DNA from: Eledone cirrhosa
Lineage: Eukaryota
Assembly (NCBI GenBank): GCA_964016885.1
Contig: OZ024742.1
Span: 19,220,001 to 19,284,000 of the forward strand
Direction: 5' to 3'
Length of the DNA: 64,000 nucleotides
Below the pieces are notes generated by a model that was not told where the DNA came from, made no database searches, and was given only the letters and a program-made list of their open reading frames with translations. Position numbers and translations under genes: made by a program. Below are positions 26,234 to 41,727 of this stretch, piece after piece. The first letter of the stretch is position 1, and each line of letters opens with the position of its first letter.

Positions 26234-26751
26234 TTAACTGTATACTTTGTGAAAAGTTCTATGGAATTTATGCAGGCAGATAGAAAACAAATCGGTGCGT
26301 CTATTTATTATAGAATCTAGGTTAGAGATAATGGTAAATTTTTCATTTAGGCAGAGATTACAGATTTTAGATAGAGAGCTGTTCAAGTATGAGGATCCAG
26401 AAGAAATCTTCTTCCAAAAGATGGTATATTTAATGTTTTTGTCTTTTAAGGACCATATGAGTTCTGAGAGAGCAGTGTTAGTTCTTTTAAGTTTGTATTT
26501 GAAAGATGAATGATGATTATAGAGACGAGCTTTAAAAGAGGTGGAAGTGGAGCCAAAATAGGTGAAGGAATTGGTGCTAGTTATAATTTTACATTCATAA
26601 ATTAAGTTTTTATCGAGACAATGGTTGTTGAGAGGACATTTATTTTTAATGCGGCAGTTGCAATTAGAGAGATTATTAATGAGTGATCTAGTGTTATCTA
26701 TAGAAGGAATTGGATTGGAGAAGTTGTTTGCGATAGGAATAATAGGATAAT
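26234..26751 (-). pseudogene. PLE C-terminal Cys linker + GIY-YIG endonuclease (truncated ORF)
   Basis: CNCRIKNKCPLNNHC, LIYECKI..TYFGSTSTSFKARLYNHHSSF, CNLCLNEK, INRRTD..CLH. The first about 10 aa of the tracked ORF come from the inverted arm. Confidence 0.9.
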
Positions 26752-27801
26752 ACTTTTCACAAAGTATACAGTTAATATTCAATTCTTTATCAATTTAGAA
26801 TCTTTTCTCAAAGGCACATATACATACACCTCTTTAAAATATACCCATCTACCTTACTTTAAAGGGCATTATACACTCTATAATACTTGTTTACTCATTA
26901 CCCTCATTCTATCTTCACCTTGTAAAATCATAACATATACATTTGTTGTTTTTGACGTTAGAATATTCATCCGCAATCATTATTATTTTTTCTCTCTATC
27001 ATAAATCTTTTTAATCTCAATTTCATCCTTAATTTATTATTTTTTTCTCCCCATCAACGAACTCATTATTAATACATATTAACTCTTTATTCGCATATAT
27101 TATCAATTCAATCAATATACAAACTTTAACTTCACATTATTTTTCTCAAATCCTTCTACACACAAACCTTAATAATTTTTCTCTTCGTTAATTTTGAAAT
27201 TGCCACAATACATACATTTCTCTTTTTTTGACGTTAGAATATTCATCCAAAATTATTATTTTTTTCTCTCTATCTTCATACATAATTTCCCTTCGTTAAT
27301 TCTCAAATTCCTTTAATTTATACATTATCTTCCAACGGTTCCCAACCTCTCTATGTTAAAACAATATATCTTTTTCTCAGTTATAAAAACTATCTCTTTC
27401 TCTCTATCACCCATCTCTCCCTCTCCACCTTCACTCTCATCTCCTCCCCCTTTTTTTCATCCTTTCCACCCCACCCCCTCCCTAAATAAAATATTTTTTC
27501 CTCGCACATATCCTCCCTTCGTTAATTTTCAAAATTTTTAATTTATACATTATCTTCCAACGGTTTTCAACCTCTCTATATAAAACAATATATCTCCTCT
27601 CAGTTATAAAAACTATCTCTTTCTCTCTATCACCCATCTCTCCCTCTCATCTCCTTCCCTTTTCATCCTTTCCACCCCCCCCCCTCTCTAAATAAAATAT
27701 TTTTCCCAATATCACACATCAATCTAAAACCACTTTTCATATGTTGATTTAAAACTGCACTATCCACAAGTGTTTTTTAGCCTTCATATCATGTTCTCCT
27801 G

Positions 27802-27868
27802 TTTTATCTGATGAAAACACAAATATTATTGCATGATGATGTTTGTTTTTGAAATCCGCATAATAAAA
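27802..27868 (+). ncRNA. Type I hammerhead ribozyme in the inverted pseudo-LTR
   Basis: ttttat CTGATGA ... GAAA tccgca TA ataaaa; one substitution breaks the stem III palindrome. Confidence 0.72.
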
Positions 27869-27905
27869 TACATGGAACTCCTTTAACCATCTTTTGATCT
27901 TATAT

Positions 27906-27962
<57 letters not shown>

Positions 27963-28058
27963 AATTCGCTATGTTAAGATTTTTATAATTTATTTTTTTA
28001 AACTATAATTCTTACAAGAAATGAATATGAGAAGAAAGCTTATAGCATGGAGTTTTAT

Positions 28059-28464
28059 TTAAAATTCGATATGGGCACCAGCATTCTCCACCAGCTTCTC
28101 AAGCCGCCCGGGAACGGTTTCAACTGATTTCACTAGGAACTCTTGTGGGATGGAAGACACAACTTCTCGTATTCACCCTTCAAGTTCTTCCAAAGTCGTT
28201 GGTTTGGTAGAGTAGACTTGCTCCTTTAACCAACCCCAAAGAAAAAAGACGCAGGGTGTTAAGTCAAGGCTTCTGGCTGGCCACTCATGCGAGCCACGAT
28301 GACTCATCTCCCAGGAAGTGGGCATTCAGCCATTCATGAACAACAATAGCAAAATTAAATCTTCAATATTCGCCTAAGTACTGATAACTAGCCAGATTTC
28401 ACCTTGCAGCATGGTGAGGTACCTTTCGGCATTCAATAGGGAGTTACTTTTCAATCAGCCTGTA
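28059..28464 (-). mobile_element. Tc1/mariner-superfamily transposon remnant, internally deleted
   Basis: TA + TIR-like CAGGCTGATTGAAAAGTAACTCCC; peptides AERYLTMLQ and HEWPARSLDLTPCVFFLWGWLKEQVY..NAGAHIEF*. Confidence 0.85.
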
Positions 28465-28659
28465 TATATAATGTGTGTGTATGTTATATAGTTGATTACA
28501 GCACATTACTAGTACTTCCTTCATTGACACGAAAGCAAATTCAACAATGGTGGCATTTCATCGCAAAAGAGAGGCATTGAAACGGATAAGATAAATTATG
28601 TAAATCTAAACATCTGAACTGCGCCCAATATTATTATCGTTATTTCTTAGAAAGAAATA

Positions 28660-29272
28660 AGGGTCGTGTAATGGCAGAACTGGTAGAGCGTCGAACAAAA
28701 TGCCTTTGTGATATTTAGTTGTGGCCGTTTACATTCTGTGTTAAAATCGCACGGAAGTGAGCTTTTCCTTTCATCCTTACAGGATCTATAAAATAAAGTA
28801 CCGGTAATACACTGGGGTCGATTTAAATTAATTTCCCCTGCCCCAACTCTGAAGGCCTTGTGACTGAATCAGAACTATTATTTCTTAGAAAAGTGGTGGG
28901 AATTGGTAGAAACGTTAGAGGGTTGGACAATATACGTTGCAGCATAGAGTTACGGCTCTTTACGTTCTGAGTTCAAATCCCGCCGAGGTTAATTTTGTTT
29001 TGTTTTCCCTCTTCTCGGTGGTCGATAAAATCGATAAAATAAGTACCAGTAACGCACTTGTATGGATTTAATCGACTTTCTCCCCCCCCCCCAATTGCAA
29101 GCCTTCGAAAAATGGCGGTGGATTGGCAGTATCGGTAAAGCGTCAGGTAACATGTTTTGCGGCATAGTTACGGCCCTTTACGTTCTGAGTTCAAATCCCG
29201 ATCGAGGTTAGCTTTGCCTTTCATCTTTACGAGGGTCGATCAAATATAGTACCAGTTACGGACTGGTGTCGT
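28660..29272 (+). mobile_element. Three tandem SINE copies
   Basis: SINE head, B-box and core repeated; TSD-like tatttcttagaaa at 28641 and 28879. Confidence 0.8.
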
Positions 29273-30051
29273 TCTTTTCATGATATGCTTAGTAGTTGTC
29301 ACGAGATATGTTTCTGAGATGAATGTATTTCAAAGTTCTAGATCTGGTTTTATTCCGTGGTTCCCCTTGCAAAGCAAACAATAGGATAAGGAAATTTACG
29401 TCATCATTTTGTTGTTGCTCTTGTTAGTGTTGTACAGTTCGTCGTTATCAACATTTTAATATATATTTAGAAAGAACCTTGTTGCTCTCCGGCATGTCAT
29501 TATCGCCGTTTTTTTAAATTTATTTATAGAATGAAAATTGTTCTTGTTGTGTATCTCATTATCATAGTTTTTTTTATGTTTCTTTCTAGAATGGAATGAA
29601 AGTTCAAACAAAGAACAAACCCCAACTAATTATCTGTTTCTTTGATAATTTACAAGATTGTAATCTACTAGAAATAAGTCCAAACAGATCTAAAAATAAG
29701 TTAAAAAAACCTTTCGTTAAGATATGAAACATCTTTAGTTAAACTGTCTACAAGTTCCAATAAGAAAGACGATGCAAATATCTCAGTTATGCAAACAGAA
29801 ATTGAGGCTGAATAATTAGAATACATTCTATCAGCTGAAAAACTTAGCTTTTTGACTGGAGATTATAAAACAATTATAATCTTGTTGTTTGTATATATTT
29901 CAGTTTCTAAGATGATCTAAAACAAAATAATGTTTATAATGTGTTTATTAATATTGCGGTGTTTTATCAACAAATCACTTCTATAATAATAGATATATTT
30001 TATCATGTCCTACAAAGCAAAATATAATTATTATTATTTTAGGTGGCAGAA

Positions 30052-30460
30052 GGGTAGTGTATTGGCAGTATCGGTAGAGCGTCGGACACCATGCTTCGTA
30101 GAATAGTTACGGTCTTTTATATTCTGATTTCGAATCCCACCGAAGTTAGTTTTGCCTTTCATCCATATGGGATCGATCAATAAAGTACCAGTAACTCACT
30201 GGGGCCAATTTAATTGATTTTCCCTTCCCTCCAAATTGTTGGTCTTGCACCTATATCAGAAATCGTTATTTTAGGCAGTGTGCTATTTTAACTCCTAATG
30301 AGGTGGCAAATTGGCAAAGTCGTTTGAACGTCGGATAATATGATTTGTAGTATTCAGTGCGGTACTCTGCGCTCTGAGATCAAATCCTACTAAGGTCAAC
30401 TTTGCCCTTTATCCTTTCGAGGTCGATAAAAATGTACCAGTCAAGTATAAAGATCGATTC
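30052..30460 (+). mobile_element. Two tandem SINE copies
   Basis: Same SINE motifs. Confidence 0.78.
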
Positions 30461-32015
30461 TAAATCTCTCTGAAATTAATCTGGTGTGTTCAAAATGGTA
30501 TTCGACTGACAGAGATGTCTTGGATGTTCTGAAATAAATAATCTGTGAACACTAAATATGAATGGGACTGATATACACATGGACCCATGACCTCTGATGC
30601 AATCATAGGGGTGGCATTTTAAACCTGAAAGACCTTATCCCCTCTTCAATTCTCTCTCTCATTTCTCTAGGAGAAATCGACTGTTGTCCGACCTAGAGAC
30701 AGCATGGGCTCCGCTAAATTCCAAGTGCCTGTGAGATGCTGTATGTCTCGGTAGCGCCCTTATAAATCCATCAGAGATACAGCTCCATAGATACATACTC
30801 ATAATAAATGGAGCGAAGATTGTTAGCCGTTAATGATGCAATTATTTAATTTGACCTTTTGAATAAAAGTGATATCGTTGTCAAAATCCTACAGAATTTA
30901 CCATAAGTAAAATCATTTTATAAAGAACAGTTCCTTATAGCATTAATAATGTAAACGTATTTAACCGGGAATTGAAACTATTTTGTGAGCGTAGCACATC
31001 GAAAAAAGCCACCTTCTGTATTACTGACAGCTAAGAAATCCCTGTAGTCTTCACTCTGTATTAGTGACAGCTTAGCATTCCCTGTACAACTTCACTCTGT
31101 AGTAATGAAATATATCATACAACTGTTCTTTTGTACTGGTTTAGTCAGAGGAAAAAGATCAGTACTTAAGACCTTGAGAACAGAATCTCTGATATTGATG
31201 GGAGAGGAGGAGGAAGTTATTTTCAGATTGGCCCTCGTGCTTGCAACAGAGTTCACTTCGCTAAACGCAATAAGGGGTAGGGTAGGGTTAAACAAGGTGA
31301 AGGTTAAAGTGTAACAACTAAGACAAGGGTAAGGTCTCACTAACTGGTTTCTATGCAGTTTTGGGCTACGAAATTTGTGACCACAGGCTTTGGTTGACGC
31401 GAGTCTTTGTTAAAATGTGCCGTGCAGTGTGATTGAACTGAAAACCGCGCAATTGCAGAAGAAAATTTTAAAACACAGCCATGCTTACGCCCAAAACATG
31501 ACAGATAATTATTGATGTAGTATTTCCTGCTCAACCGTATTGGTATTCTACGAAGTTGCCAAATACATTTGTAATAGGTACTTACTTGATATTCAGAAGT
31601 CATGATTAGCTAAATAATATGCTATTACATTTCATGTCTAAACGCAGTCGATTGAAAAAACGCATCAATCTTGGCCTACTGCACAGACTATAGTAGATGT
31701 ATAAATTAAGTCAAGCATACCTGTGAGATAAGAGCTTGGCTTTAAATTTCAGCTTGTACTGGAGTTATCCACCTAAATACAGATATATTACGTTCAGTAT
31801 AAATTCATATGTGTGTTCGGGATAGAAATGACAAGAATCTTCTTATTCTAAACATCAAAAACGCCACAAGTAGATATTGACTGATATCTATATCAAAGTT
31901 CACCGAAGACTTCTAAAGTTCATGTAGATATATTTCTATGATGTCCATAGCTTAACGATTAGAAAGCAGAAATTCTATTTGTTGATGTACTCTGATGCTA
32001 CATACATAGCAGGGA

Positions 32016-32802
32016 TATAAGTGTAAGTATATATATATATAAGTATATGTATATAAGTATATGTATATAAGTGTATGTATATAAGTGTATTTATATAAGT
32101 ATATGTATATAAGTATATGTATATAAGTATAAGTATATAAGTATATGTATATAAGTAAATGTATATGTATATAAGTGTATGTATATGTATATAAGTGTAT
32201 GTATATAAGTATATGTATATAAGTATGTGTATATAAGTATATGTATATAAGTATATGTATATAAGTGTATGTATATGTATATAAGTATATGTATATGTAT
32301 ATGTATATAAGTATATGTATATAAGTATATGTATATAAGTATATGTATATAAGTATATGTATATAAGTATATGTATATAAGTGTATGTATATGTATATAA
32401 GTATATAAGTATATGTATATAAGTATATGTATATAAACATATGTATATAAGTATATGTATATGTATATAAGTGTATGTATATGTATATAAGTATATATAT
32501 ATAAGTGTATATATATAAGTATATTTATATATAAGTATATATATATAAGTATATATATATAAGTATATATAAGTATATATATATATAAGTATATATATAT
32601 ATAAGTATATATATATAAGTATATATATATAAGTATATATATATAAGTATATATAAGTATATATATATATAAGTATATATATATATAAGTATATATATAT
32701 AAGTATATATATATAAGTATATATATATAAGTATATATATATAAGTATATATATATAAGTATATATATATATATAAGTATATATATATAAGTATATGTAT
32801 GT
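32016..32802. repeat. Complex minisatellite (TATATGTATATAAG)n grading into (TATATATATAAG)n
   Basis: Direct reading. Confidence 0.92.
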
Positions 32803-32946
32803 AAGCAGAAAAGTCACAGCATTGAATCATGAGTGTATGATACATTCCAAATATATGCCACAAATTGTAGATAAAAGAATTACAAATTGAAGAACTATAT
32901 ACTGTATATGTTTCAATAAACATGACCTACTCCACTATAACAGGAT

Positions 32947-33260
<314 letters not shown>

Positions 33261-33286
33261 CATTCATGTTGACATCTCTTTATATG

Positions 33287-33320
<34 letters not shown>

Positions 33321-33539
33321 CGTGTGTATTTGTGTATATAATTTGACACACGCTCATACATACAGAGAGAGGTCTTCTGAAGATGCCGTTAAGGGTGAAA
33401 GCAGCGATTCTTTGCTTAAACTTTAATCTGTTATTTTAATAAATATTTGCTCTCGGGTTCTTATATATTTGATATATATTTATCCTTATCGAACTTCGGA
33501 TTTTAGTCTTCACATTTTTATTATTACTATTATTATTAA

Positions 33540-33725
33540 GGGCTGTGGATTGGCAGTATCGGTAGAAGGTCGGACGTAATGCTTTGCACCATAGGGTTAC
33601 AGCCCGTTACGGTCTGAGTTCAAATCCCGCCGAGGTTAACTTTGCCTTTTATCCTTACAGGGTCGATAAAATAATAACACACTGGGATAATTGCTGGCCT
33701 TGTGCCAAAAGTAGAAACAATTATT
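33540..33725 (+). mobile_element. Full-length SINE in an (ATT)n site
   Basis: Flanked by ttattactattattatta on both sides. Confidence 0.88.
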
Positions 33726-34779
33726 ACTATTATTATTATTATTATATATATATATAAGAAGAAACAGTGGCTGTGTAGTTGATGGATAAGGTGTACTTAT
33801 AAATAAGAAGAAAGCATGAACGGGAGAAAATTTTCCTTCATCAGTTGTCTGTATATGAATTTTGATACAGTCCTTTATAAACTATATCTTCTTGTTCAGT
33901 TTCATGCCCCAATAAATTAAGACAATGACATGTCCAACGCTGTTAGTATATTACTTCATTGTCTACATAATAACATAGGCATCGTTTAACGAACGCAACC
34001 CGAAACATCCAGATAATAGTTGTATCAGTGGAAATGTTATATAAATCAGTAAAATAGTAAAAACTATAAATATCATAGAATTTTTTTTTATATATTAAGA
34101 AGGAAAAAAGACCAACATATACCCATACCTAATTAAACTTTCCCTCCCCATCTATAATAGTCATTGTAGGGATTGTCTTGGTTCTTGGCTAAACACTGAA
34201 ACTTGCCAAGTATTTGACTCGGAAGAATCGAAGAGAAACCAAACTGAAGAAAGAGTAAAGAATAAGAAAGTAAAAGAGAATATAAAGAAATTGATATAGA
34301 GGAATGAAAGGAACGAAATGCTAGAGCTCATCTCTTCCAGCCATGGCTGGTTTAGTTGTTGTGATTATAGGAACAGCCTGCTAATGAAATTAACCTGAAA
34401 GTGGCTGAGCATTCCATAGGCACGTGTAATTTTAATGTAGTTCTTAGAGAGATTCATGATAACACAGTGTGTGACAAAGCTGGTAATTTTTAAACTACTG
34501 GTAAAACTCAATTTTATTCCTTAGATGGACTGGAGCGACATGAAATAGTATCTGCCTCAAGGACACAACGCATCACCCGGTCCAGGATTCAAACTCACAA
34601 CCTTACGATTGCGAACTCAACGTTCTAACCATTAAACCACAATGTATTAACTAATTATCTACATGGTGAAAGAATGAACTTTATGCCAATTTCATCTAAG
34701 TTCGGATTTATGTTTGAAATTGTTAGCTTTTGTTTTCTCTTCGTGGGAATAAATATGTGTTCTTATCTGTTTATGAGCT

Positions 34780-35286
34780 ACATCGCGGATTTTTCGTTAG
34801 AAAATATCTATGTTCTTATCGCGGTATTACATCTGAATAAAACGTGTTTAAAATTTAAACTTATTAAATAAGTTTCGATGTGATTGAAGTGTATAGCGTA
34901 CGGAAGGGGTATGAAAACATGTTTTTATTTTTCATTCTATTACTGTTTTACTGATTGTGCTTTTCTGTAATCCTCTACAAACCCTTCATAGATTGACAGG
35001 AGATGGGCTACCAAGCGGCTAACGTGGCTGATAATGGTCGTCGTTAGTAACTAGTGGTACGATCGTTGGTGGCAGTTTCTATACGATCGTTACAGGGTGT
35101 TTTTGGCATTTAAATACAAAAGTGTGTTTTAATGAGTTTGTATGTACTCAAAGCATGTATGAGAGGTATTTTAAGGCTTAAACTATGAAAACAATGGTTT
35201 TCTTTAGGGTCTCTCTATATCGCGGATTTTCATTTATCGCGGTTGGTTCTGGAACGTATCCCCCGCGATAAACGGAGGATTACTGA
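34780..35286. mobile_element. pogo/Tigger-like MITE remnant, right TIR
   Basis: Repeated ATCGCGG subterminal motifs and the terminus CCCCCGCGATAAACGGAGGATTACTG. Confidence 0.55.
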
Positions 35287-36111
35287 ATATATATATAAAC
35301 AGAATTATTCCACACGCACAATATATGTATCATTATCTATAAAAGGCAGATGTTTGTGTCTGTATGTATGTTTCAATTTTATACATTTACACAATTCCAA
35401 AAATATTGAATGAATAATTAAGCAGAATGTTTACAAATATTCTAACTTGGGTCATGGGCGAACTTATTGGGTAAAAAATGCCCCAATTACGGAAAAATCG
35501 ATTTATTTCAACAATCGATGATTTCTCCTCTCTCATATGATATACGTTTCCTATATCTACTCCCTTCATCACCTCCCCTTAAAATTGCTACCTTCTCTTA
35601 TAAGTGTTTGTGAAAAAGAGAAACATTGAAAAAAAACATATACACACATATGTTGGTATGGTTACGATTGACGTCATAGAAACAGGAACGCGGGAATTTC
35701 AATCAATCAACGCATACACAGTTTGTTTTAGAAATAACAATAGCATATAATCATAAAGAGGGATATAATGATAAAGACGGGGAGAGAAACAAACAGACAC
35801 ACTAAAAGACGGATATATGTGTGTGTGTTTGTATTAGCGCGTTCAAACTCCATTTCGAAGCTGACTTTCATTTACTAAACTGTAAGTTTTTCAATCGGCC
35901 TTACACTTTCAAACTATATTTTTCTGTATAAGTAACTTTAACCCTTTATTTTCGATATAAAATTACACACATACATACAAAGACCTGTAAAGTTTTTTGG
36001 GGGGCCTTTCTTATCAATCTTTTTACATTCAATTATCAGCCTTATACTTTCAAAGTCAATTTTTGTTAAAGTAACTTTCAACCTTTAATACATACATATA
36101 TACATACATAC

Positions 36112-36570
36112 ATGGTGGCTGCCAACTCGTTTTCGAGTACGGCCACTACTTTATATCCATGTAGGAGAACCCCTACCGATGCGCTGAACGAGTGTGACTT
36201 TTTAGTCCAGCCAGCGACTTGAAAACTCTGGTACAAACACTACACTTGTGACAATTACTGACACATAGTGCTGGGCCCATGGTACCATGTGACGACAAGT
36301 GCAGAGAGATCTCCAGATATAAAGCAATGCCTGTGCCGTGAAGCTTTTTTAGTGAGCAAAGGCACTGCACAAAGCCAGTCCCACTCTCTTAACCAAGATG
36401 ATATTTACCAAAAAGAAGAACAAGTCAACATCATTGGATACCATCAGGGTTGCAGGTGTTATATCAGAGTTTTCCTTCTCCTAGAATTCTGCCTTGACAA
36501 AGGCTAAGGGGTCATCTCTCCCGGTGATTTTGGATGGCCATTGACTCTTAAGAGCTCCTTTGCCCTTTGA
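36112..36570 (-). mobile_element. Third, 5'-truncated copy of the RTE-derived element, nested in the Helitron
   Basis: Reverse complement of 20745-21203, flanked by (CATA)n. Confidence 0.75.
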
Positions 36571-36608
36571 TATACATACATACATACATACATACATACA
36601 TACATACA

Positions 36609-36640
<32 letters not shown>

Positions 36641-36932
36641 CACACATACATACAAATACCTGTCACTTAATTTACACACACATCGGCCTTACACTTTCAT
36701 ACACACATACATACAAATACCTGTACATTTTTTGGGGGGGCCTTTCTTATCAATCTTTTTACATTCAATTATCACCCTTATACTTTCAAAGTCAATTTTT
36801 ATGTTGAAGTATACCCATTTACTTACTAACATTTGTATCACAACAACAATAACAATATTCATAAACAGACAGTAGACTTTCAAAGTCAATTTTTCTGTAG
36901 AAGTAACTTTCACCCTTTCTTTTGGACATAAA

Positions 36933-37668
36933 ATGCCACCTAAACAGAAAAGTCGCTTCAGTCGACATACCGCGTCAGCAGTGGCGCAAAAGGCTACTAT
37001 AGCAAACGAGTCCTCTGAGGAAAATGCTTCAAGACTTTCACAGACAGCCTTATGTTCAGCAGAATGTCGAACCACTGAAAGTTTCCAACAGCGCACCCCT
37101 AGCCAAAATGGCTTCATACCAGGCTTCATACCAGGCTTCTTCCAGGGCTTCAGAGATCCGTGAACAAAGGTCGAAGCGCCTGGCTAGAAACGATGCGACT
37201 AATGCTGCTTCCAGGTCTTTGGAACGTTTAAAACAACGGACGGCTCGCCTTCCTACGAACGCTGCGGCTATGACTTCTTCCATGGCTTCTGAAGATGCAG
37301 ACGGGCGGTCCATTAGCATTGCAAATGTTGCTTCTGCTATTGCTGCCAGACCTTCCCACCATCTACACGACCAATGTTCTACGTTCAAGCGTAACAGTCG
37401 ACGGTGAGAAGCTGCACGCGGTGTGACGAGCCCCATAAGCCCTTACTGGCACCTACGAGCTTTCAAGTATGAGCAAAACGTTAATTACTCGATGCGCTCT
37501 GACATAAATATAGGCGAGATGCGCTTCAATTGCCAATTCTGCAATGCTACAAAGTGGGCTGGGGAGCCACCTGCAATGTGCTGCTTAAACGGTAAGGTCA
37601 CCTTGCTCCCTCTTACGGAACCGCCAGAGCCTTTGAAGGAACTACTGACTGGTTATACCTCAAGGTAA
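36933..37668 (+). pseudogene. Helitron RepHel N-terminal region, frameshifted
   Basis: MPPKQKSRFSR..; E/R-rich repeats; IGEMRFNCQFCNATKWAGEPPAMCCLNGKVTL zinc motif. Confidence 0.8.
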
Positions 37669-37701
37669 AAAAAAAAAACCATGATCCCCCAAATAAAAAA
37701 C

Positions 37702-38770
37702 GATCCTGGGGGTACCGGAAAAACTTTTGTAACGAATTTGATTCTCGCTAAGATTCGTTAGGAGAAAAAAGTTGCGTTGTCCGTTGCATCGTCCGGGATC
37801 GCTGCTACTTTGCTGCCGGGAGGCAGGACAGCACATTCAACCTTTAAATTCCCTTTGGATTTAGTAAAAACTGAGACACCAACATGCAATATCAGCAAGA
37901 GTTCACACAAAGCTATGGTTCTCAAAATATGTTGCCTCATTGTTTGGGATGAGTGCACAATGGAACACAAGGGTGCCCTTGAGGCATTTGACGAGGCCCA
38001 GAAAGACATTAGGGATTCTACGGCTCCTATGGGTGGCGTAACCCTTCTGCTATCAGGGGATTTTCGGAAAACGCTGTCTGTCATCCCCAAATGGACAAGA
38101 GCTGATGAAGTGCGTGCCTGTCTTAAGTCGTCCATGTTGAGGCTCCAGGTGAATAGTTTGTACCTGAGCACAAATATGCGTGCTCATTTGCATGGTGACA
38201 ACATGTCTGCAGCACAGAACATTTTAGCACTTGGTGAGGGCAATATCCCTGCGGATGACAAGGGCGGCATAGCAATCGACACCCTGTGCAACATTGTGAG
38301 CAGCCCTTCTGACCTTTGGGAAGCAGTTTTTCCTAATGTCTCATCTAACTTTAAAAACCTCGATTGGCTCAGCGAAAGAGCCATCCTTGCTCCGAAAAAT
38401 ACCATGGTTAATTTTATTAACGAGCAGCTGATTGAGATGATTCCCGGTAAAGAGCACATCTTCAAATCAGACCCCGACAATATCGTTAATTATCCGGTTG
38501 AGTTATTAAATCTCCTTGAGCCCCCAGGGCTCCCACCTCACATTATTAAGCTTAGGGTTGGCTGTCCCATTATGCTAATAAGGAACTTGCGTCCACCAAA
38601 GCAGTGCAACGGTACTCGCATAGTCGTCAAGTCACTGACACCTACTTGATTGAGGCCACCATTGTAACGGGGTGCGGAAGAGGGGAGAATGTTTTCATTC
38701 CAAGGATGAACCTTTTCCTCTCGGCGTCAGATATCCTGTTCGATTTCCGGCGATCACAATTCCAGGTCTA
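37702..38770 (+). pseudogene. Helitron PIF1-family helicase domain, disrupted
   Basis: PGGTGKTF, VASSGIAATLLPGGRTAHSTF, IVWDECTM, LLSGDFR, STNMR, RAILAPKN, PIMLIRNL..CNGTR, FIPRM. A stop precedes 37777 and a frameshift lies near 38645. Confidence 0.92.
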
Positions 38771-38964
38771 CTAAATTCGCTATTGGAAGATTATTAACCC
38801 ATCATTGATTGTCCAAAATGCTAATTGGTTCGTAACTTTTAATAACCGGTTCAACTGATTTATGCACTTAATTGATAAGCTTATTCGCTTTCAAACCACG
38901 TTTACCTGTATGTAACTTTTCATAGCAAATGAACAAACCCGAGCAACGCCGGGCTAAACTGCTA

Positions 38965-39091
<127 letters not shown>

Positions 39092-39117
39092 ATTATATTA
39101 TATATATATATATATTT

Positions 39118-39221
<104 letters not shown>

Positions 39222-39298
39222 TACCAAATCAACTTTTTAAATGGAAGTCGAAGTGTAAGGTATGTCAAATCTATCTATTTATAAGACTGTTTATATTG

Positions 39299-39364
39299 TA
39301 TTTTGTCTGATGAAGGCATACCATATTCTTAATATGATATCCCTGAAATATATATAATGAAATA
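39299..39364 (+). ncRNA. Type I hammerhead ribozyme, family C, within (TA)n
   Basis: tattttgt CTGATGA agg..catatt-ctt-aatatg..cct GAAA tatata TA atgaaata; downstream sequence matches 51436-51480. Confidence 0.75.
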
Positions 39365-39432
39365 AATATGGTTTTATAAATATAGTTTCCATTTATTTAA
39401 TATCGTATATATTTATATATATTTATATATAT

Positions 39433-39524
<92 letters not shown>

Positions 39525-39527
<3 letters not shown>

Positions 39528-39792
39528 TATTTATGTAATAAACAACATAAGACAATTATTCCATTTACCAAAGGTTTCACGAAGACAGACGAGCTCGACA
39601 CAGACGTCTGAAATCGCACATCAGAATCCGTAAGAAAGGTAAAGGAAAGGAGAGTGCTCTACAGAGCTATTTAGTTATGTAATAAACAACATAATGAAAT
39701 AATTTGTCTTATGTTGTTTATTACATAACTAAATAGCTCTGTAGCTTACATAGAGCACTCTCCTTTCCTTTACCTTCCCTACGGAAACACTT
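39525..39792. mobile_element. Family D fragments in tandem and inverted arrangement with a degenerate hammerhead
   Basis: Homologous to 51900-52035; the minus strand has GAAACCTTTGGTAAATGG. Confidence 0.65.
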
Positions 39793-39808
39793 AATAATGA
39801 TAATAATA

Positions 39809-39839
<31 letters not shown>

Positions 39840-40375
39840 GCATAATTTATTACGCACGTCCGTCATTATATGTATATAATGCAAAGATCTGATATGACTA
39901 GACTGCCCTAAATTTATTCATCTCTTAATCATCTCAAAGATTATTCTAAAAATATTACCACAGTGAGTTTCTGTCCAAATAACATAACATCACTCCACAA
40001 CAGAATAACATGTCTGCTCATTATATGTAATCTTCCCATTCACTCTTGGGACTTCATAGGAAATATTCCAACCGTAAATGGCATACATATGTAGAATATG
40101 TGGTACATATGGCAGAAAGCATGTGTAGATTAACGTCACAAAATAAATAAAGCATTCTTTAAGTTCCATTAATGGAGTGATATAATAAATAGCTTCGACA
40201 CATGAACTAACCTAGTACCACGATAATGTGAACAGTTCCCAAAATGGAATTATTTTTCCCTTTCTTAAAAGATGGAATATAGCAATTGCTAGTTTTTCTA
40301 TTAGTGTTACAAAGTATCTTTCTTGTGTGTGTGTGAGAATGTGCGCGAGTATGTACGTGTATATATATATATAAT

Positions 40376-40416
<41 letters not shown>

Positions 40417-40531
40417 CTGTCGTATAAGTTTAGTATTATTACCTAAAGGTAAGAGCACTCAGCCCATAGGACTAGTTAAGTATAATTAGTTACAACAGTG
40501 ACATACACAGGTACTTAAGTTTCGTTGGGTT

Positions 40532-41131
<600 letters not shown>

Positions 41132-41145
41132 TGTATTTATATATA

Positions 41146-41211
<66 letters not shown>

Positions 41212-41250
41212 TAACAGATTAAAGTATATATGTATATATATATATATGTG

Positions 41251-41281
<31 letters not shown>

Positions 41282-41309
41282 GTATGTATATATATATATA
41301 TATATATGT

Positions 41310-41521
41310 ATGTGAGAAAAACCACAGACGCTCCATCTCAACTTTACTTTTGAAAAGCAGAAGAACTGCGAAACCGGTAAAGGAACCAAATAAATATATA
41401 TATATTTTTTTTAAATAAGACTCAAGTTGCATTTTCGATTTCATCACTTTTTCTTTATACTTTCACTCGTGTAGGACACCTCGGTTATTTTTCGATTTGT
41501 AAAAAAAACCTCACTTTCTAA
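41310..41521 (+). mobile_element. Family E 3' fragment
   Basis: Matches 22269-22415 and the reverse complement of 22057-22120. Confidence 0.75.
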
Positions 41522-41525
41522 TATA

Positions 41526-41557
<32 letters not shown>

Positions 41558-41727
41558 AAGAATTAATATCTAGTAACATATATATACATACAGATGCATA
41601 TCAATGCTATCAAATATATAGGTTTTGTCTTAGTAACTTTGTGGTTCAATGCATGGGGTTGCAGAACAATAATATGAGAGACGTAAAATAAGAAAATTAT
41701 AAAATTAGCTTACTTACTAAAATATCA

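Larger units (their letters stand above)
25025..27908. mobile_element. 5'-truncated Penelope-like element with inverted pseudo-LTR, inserted in (TA)n
   Basis: Near-identical inverted arms 25109-26257 and 26752-27908; the spacer encodes the GIY-YIG C-terminus; a hammerhead lies near each outer end. Confidence 0.92.

Noticed and set aside
33374-33415. CTGAAGA tgcc..gggt GAAA motif
   Set aside because: Stems I and III cannot be formed; at most a decayed remnant.
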